Assembly: GCA_958009085.1 (NCBI GenBank)
Contig: OY253687.1
Location: 1-64,000 of the forward strand
Reading direction: 5' to 3'
Source: Protoeuglena noctilucae
Lineage: Eukaryota
Length of the DNA: 64,000 bases
Shown here piece after piece: positions 61,801-64,000 of the stretch. Every line of letters starts with the position of its first letter. The first letter of the stretch is position 1. The notes beneath the pieces are model-generated. The model searched no databases, had not been told where the DNA came from, and saw nothing but the letters and a program-made list of their open reading frames with translations. A program made the position numbers and the translations under genes.

Positions 61801-64000
61801 ATTATACAACTGTTATAAATTAAGTTTTGACAGCTTTCTAGATTTGTGGTAATATTACGAACATTCCTCCCCCCCCTTGTGCTCTCCCAGGCGCCTGTAC
61901 ATCCCCCAGGAGGGCATGTTCTGCGACCTGCCCTCGGACCTGGGCAGCGGTCGCTGGTACTCACAGCACGACCGCAGTGAGAAGAAGCCGGAAGTGGTGG
62001 AGAGGGAGGGGGGGGTGGTGATTATCGCAGGGGGGACCGAGGTGAGGGGATGGCGGGGGGGGTTGGGTCATGGTGGCTGGTGGGTGTAGTGGTGATGGTG
62101 GTTTTCTTGTTATGTGACACTTACTATTTGGTAATACCGATTTTGTGATTTGTATCACCGACATCACGTATCACATATCATCACTCATTCCCTCACTCTC
62201 CCTCGCCCTTTCAGATCTCCCCCAGTGACTTCGCGTGCTTCATCACATATCATCTCACATGTCATCACTAACTCATTCCTTCTCCTTCTATCTCCCCCCT
62301 TCAGATCTCCCCCGGTGACTTCGCCTACGTCAAGTGCAGCGCCTTCCCCCCCGAGCCCCTGGCCCGCGACACCCGGGAGCGACCCTCTTATGTCAAATCC
62401 GCAAAGGGGGAGCTGCAGGGAGTCGATGCCTGGCACGTGGTGCGGGTGGTGGAGGTGGTGGGGAAAGAGAAAGCGACACGAGTGAAAGTGGTGCGCTACT
62501 TGCGGCCGGAGGAGGTGTCGAGGGAGCTGAGGTGAGGGAGTGGGGATATAGTTGCGGGGTTGTTATTATATCGATAGTAATGATCAATAGTAATGATAGT
62601 GAATGGAGAGCTGGTGCGCTACCTGAGGCCGGAGGAGGTGTCGCGGGAGCTGAGGTTAGAGGGTGAAGGTGGAGGACGCAGTGGGGTAGCAGCGCTGGCA
62701 AGGTTACTCATTCATAAAGTTACTATAACTATTACAGCTATGCATTGCTCTTGCACTCATCTCCCACCCAGGCACTCCCGCCCGTACCGCGAGGTCTTCT
62801 CGTCGCGCCTCACCGCCACCGTCCCCGTCAGCGCCCTCGTGCGCCGGTGCTTCGTCTGCCCTCCCGGCACCGACACGCGCCATCTGGACGTCTTTATCTG
62901 CGAGAAGCGGTATCTGGGGGTGAAGGGAGGCGTGGAGGTGGAGAGGGGCGCTGCTAAGGGTGGCGGCAAGGGCGCGGCCAAGGGCAAGGGCGGGAGGGGT
63001 GGCAAGAAGGGCAATGGGGCGGATAAGGGCGGGAAGGGAGGTGCGGATAAGACGGTTAACAACGGTGGCGAGGGAGGCAGCGCGGAGGGAGCGGTGACGA
63101 ACGCCAGTGGCCGTCCCACCCGCGGCAAGCGCGTGCGCTATGCCGAGTTGGACGGTAGCAGCGATGGCGGCAGCGACGATGATTATGAGGATGAGGGGGT
63201 GGTGATGGAGGGCGATGCGGGTGTGGAGGTGGAGGGGGGTGAGCCTGTGTTTGAGGAGGCGGGGGAGGGGGACGTGGGGGCGGTGGAGGAAGGGGCCCTG
63301 TGGGAGGGGAGCGTGGTGCCGGCACACGACGCGTTAGACGGTGAGTGGGGGGTGAATGGGGGTGTGTAAGTGGGGATGAGGTTGTATTGGTGGGTGTGGA
63401 AGTGTGGGTGCGGTTGTCGGTGTGGGTGTGGGTGTGGGTGTTGCAACTGTAATTTCCCTCACCACCGCTCATCCCCTCCCCCAGAGCCCCGCCGCCTGCG
63501 TACCCTGGACATCTTTGCCGGCTGCGGGGGTCTGAGCGAGGGCATGCACCAGGCGGGGGCCTGCGTGACGAAATGGGCGATCGAGTATGAGAGGCCGGCC
63601 GCAGAGGCGTTCAAGCTCAACAACCCGGATGCGCACGTGTTCTGCGACAACTGCAACGTGGTGCTGCTCAAGGCCATGGAGAAGGCGGGGCAGGTGAGAG
63701 TGGCAGTTTAGAGTGGCAGTCAAGGGTGATAGTAGTAATGTTACATACTCACTGCATACTCATGACAATCGATCAAAACTGCTTCGCCCTTTCCCACCCG
63801 CTCTTCCAACACCTCTCACCCCGTCCCTCACCCCACCTCCCTCACCCTCCACCCCCCTCTCTCAGATGTCCGACTGCTTCGCCCCCCCCGACAACCTCAC
63901 CGCCGCCTCCGCCTTCCCCGCTTCCGATTTCGATGCCCTGCCCCTCCCCGGTCAAGTCGACTTCATCTGCGGCGGCCCCCCCTGCCAGGGCTACTCGGGC
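55805..64000 (+). CDS. MET1: DNA (cytosine-5) methyltransferase MET1/DNMT1, 3' end beyond the window
   Basis: Two RFD-like segments (RRLVDF; RRLMRNF...RTDFAWYRL), ATATRLV, two BAH-like segments ([14 protein letters not shown]), motif [20 protein letters not shown] and motif [16 protein letters not shown]. Confidence 0.96.

Noticed and set aside
7310..62656. Echoes as Introner elements or transposon target-site duplications
   Set aside because: Introns are not similar to each other, there are no terminal inverted repeats, and the copies are 20-70 nt, internal and often multiple.
29916..64000. Functional gene cluster of nucleic-acid enzymes
   Set aside because: The products act in different compartments and pathways; ordinary eukaryotic gene neighbourhood.

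Overview
GC-rich, intron-rich eukaryotic nuclear DNA, most likely from a green alga (plastid/lumen transit peptides, plant-type MFP, UK/UPRT fusion and MET1). It is three contigs joined by two 200-N gaps; the first contig ends in a TTAGGG array. I can support about 19 spliced genes: a WD40 3' end with a tail anchor, a Cys-rich lumen protein, a DnaJ-type Zn finger, peroxisomal MFP, a DEAD-box helicase, an orphan exon next to the telomere array, a TRIC-like channel, a kinase-NACHT-WD40 NLR-like gene, an SQ/TQ-rich protein, an SNM1-like nuclease, TrmB, three tandem BTB-like paralogs, uridine kinase/UPRT, GcvT, IF2, REX4 and MET1. Four things stand out. (1) About 20 introns hold 'echo' copies of the adjacent exon edge, usually with its splice site, and the echoes differ from the real exon mostly at synonymous sites. 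(2) Internal introns are G-rich at the 5' end and C-rich at the 3' end. (3) About ten introns use GC donors. (4) There is a non-RD kinase + Cbl-like EF-hand + NACHT + WD40 receptor-like gene. Exon boundaries and counts were made by eye and family calls come from remembered motifs, not database searches.
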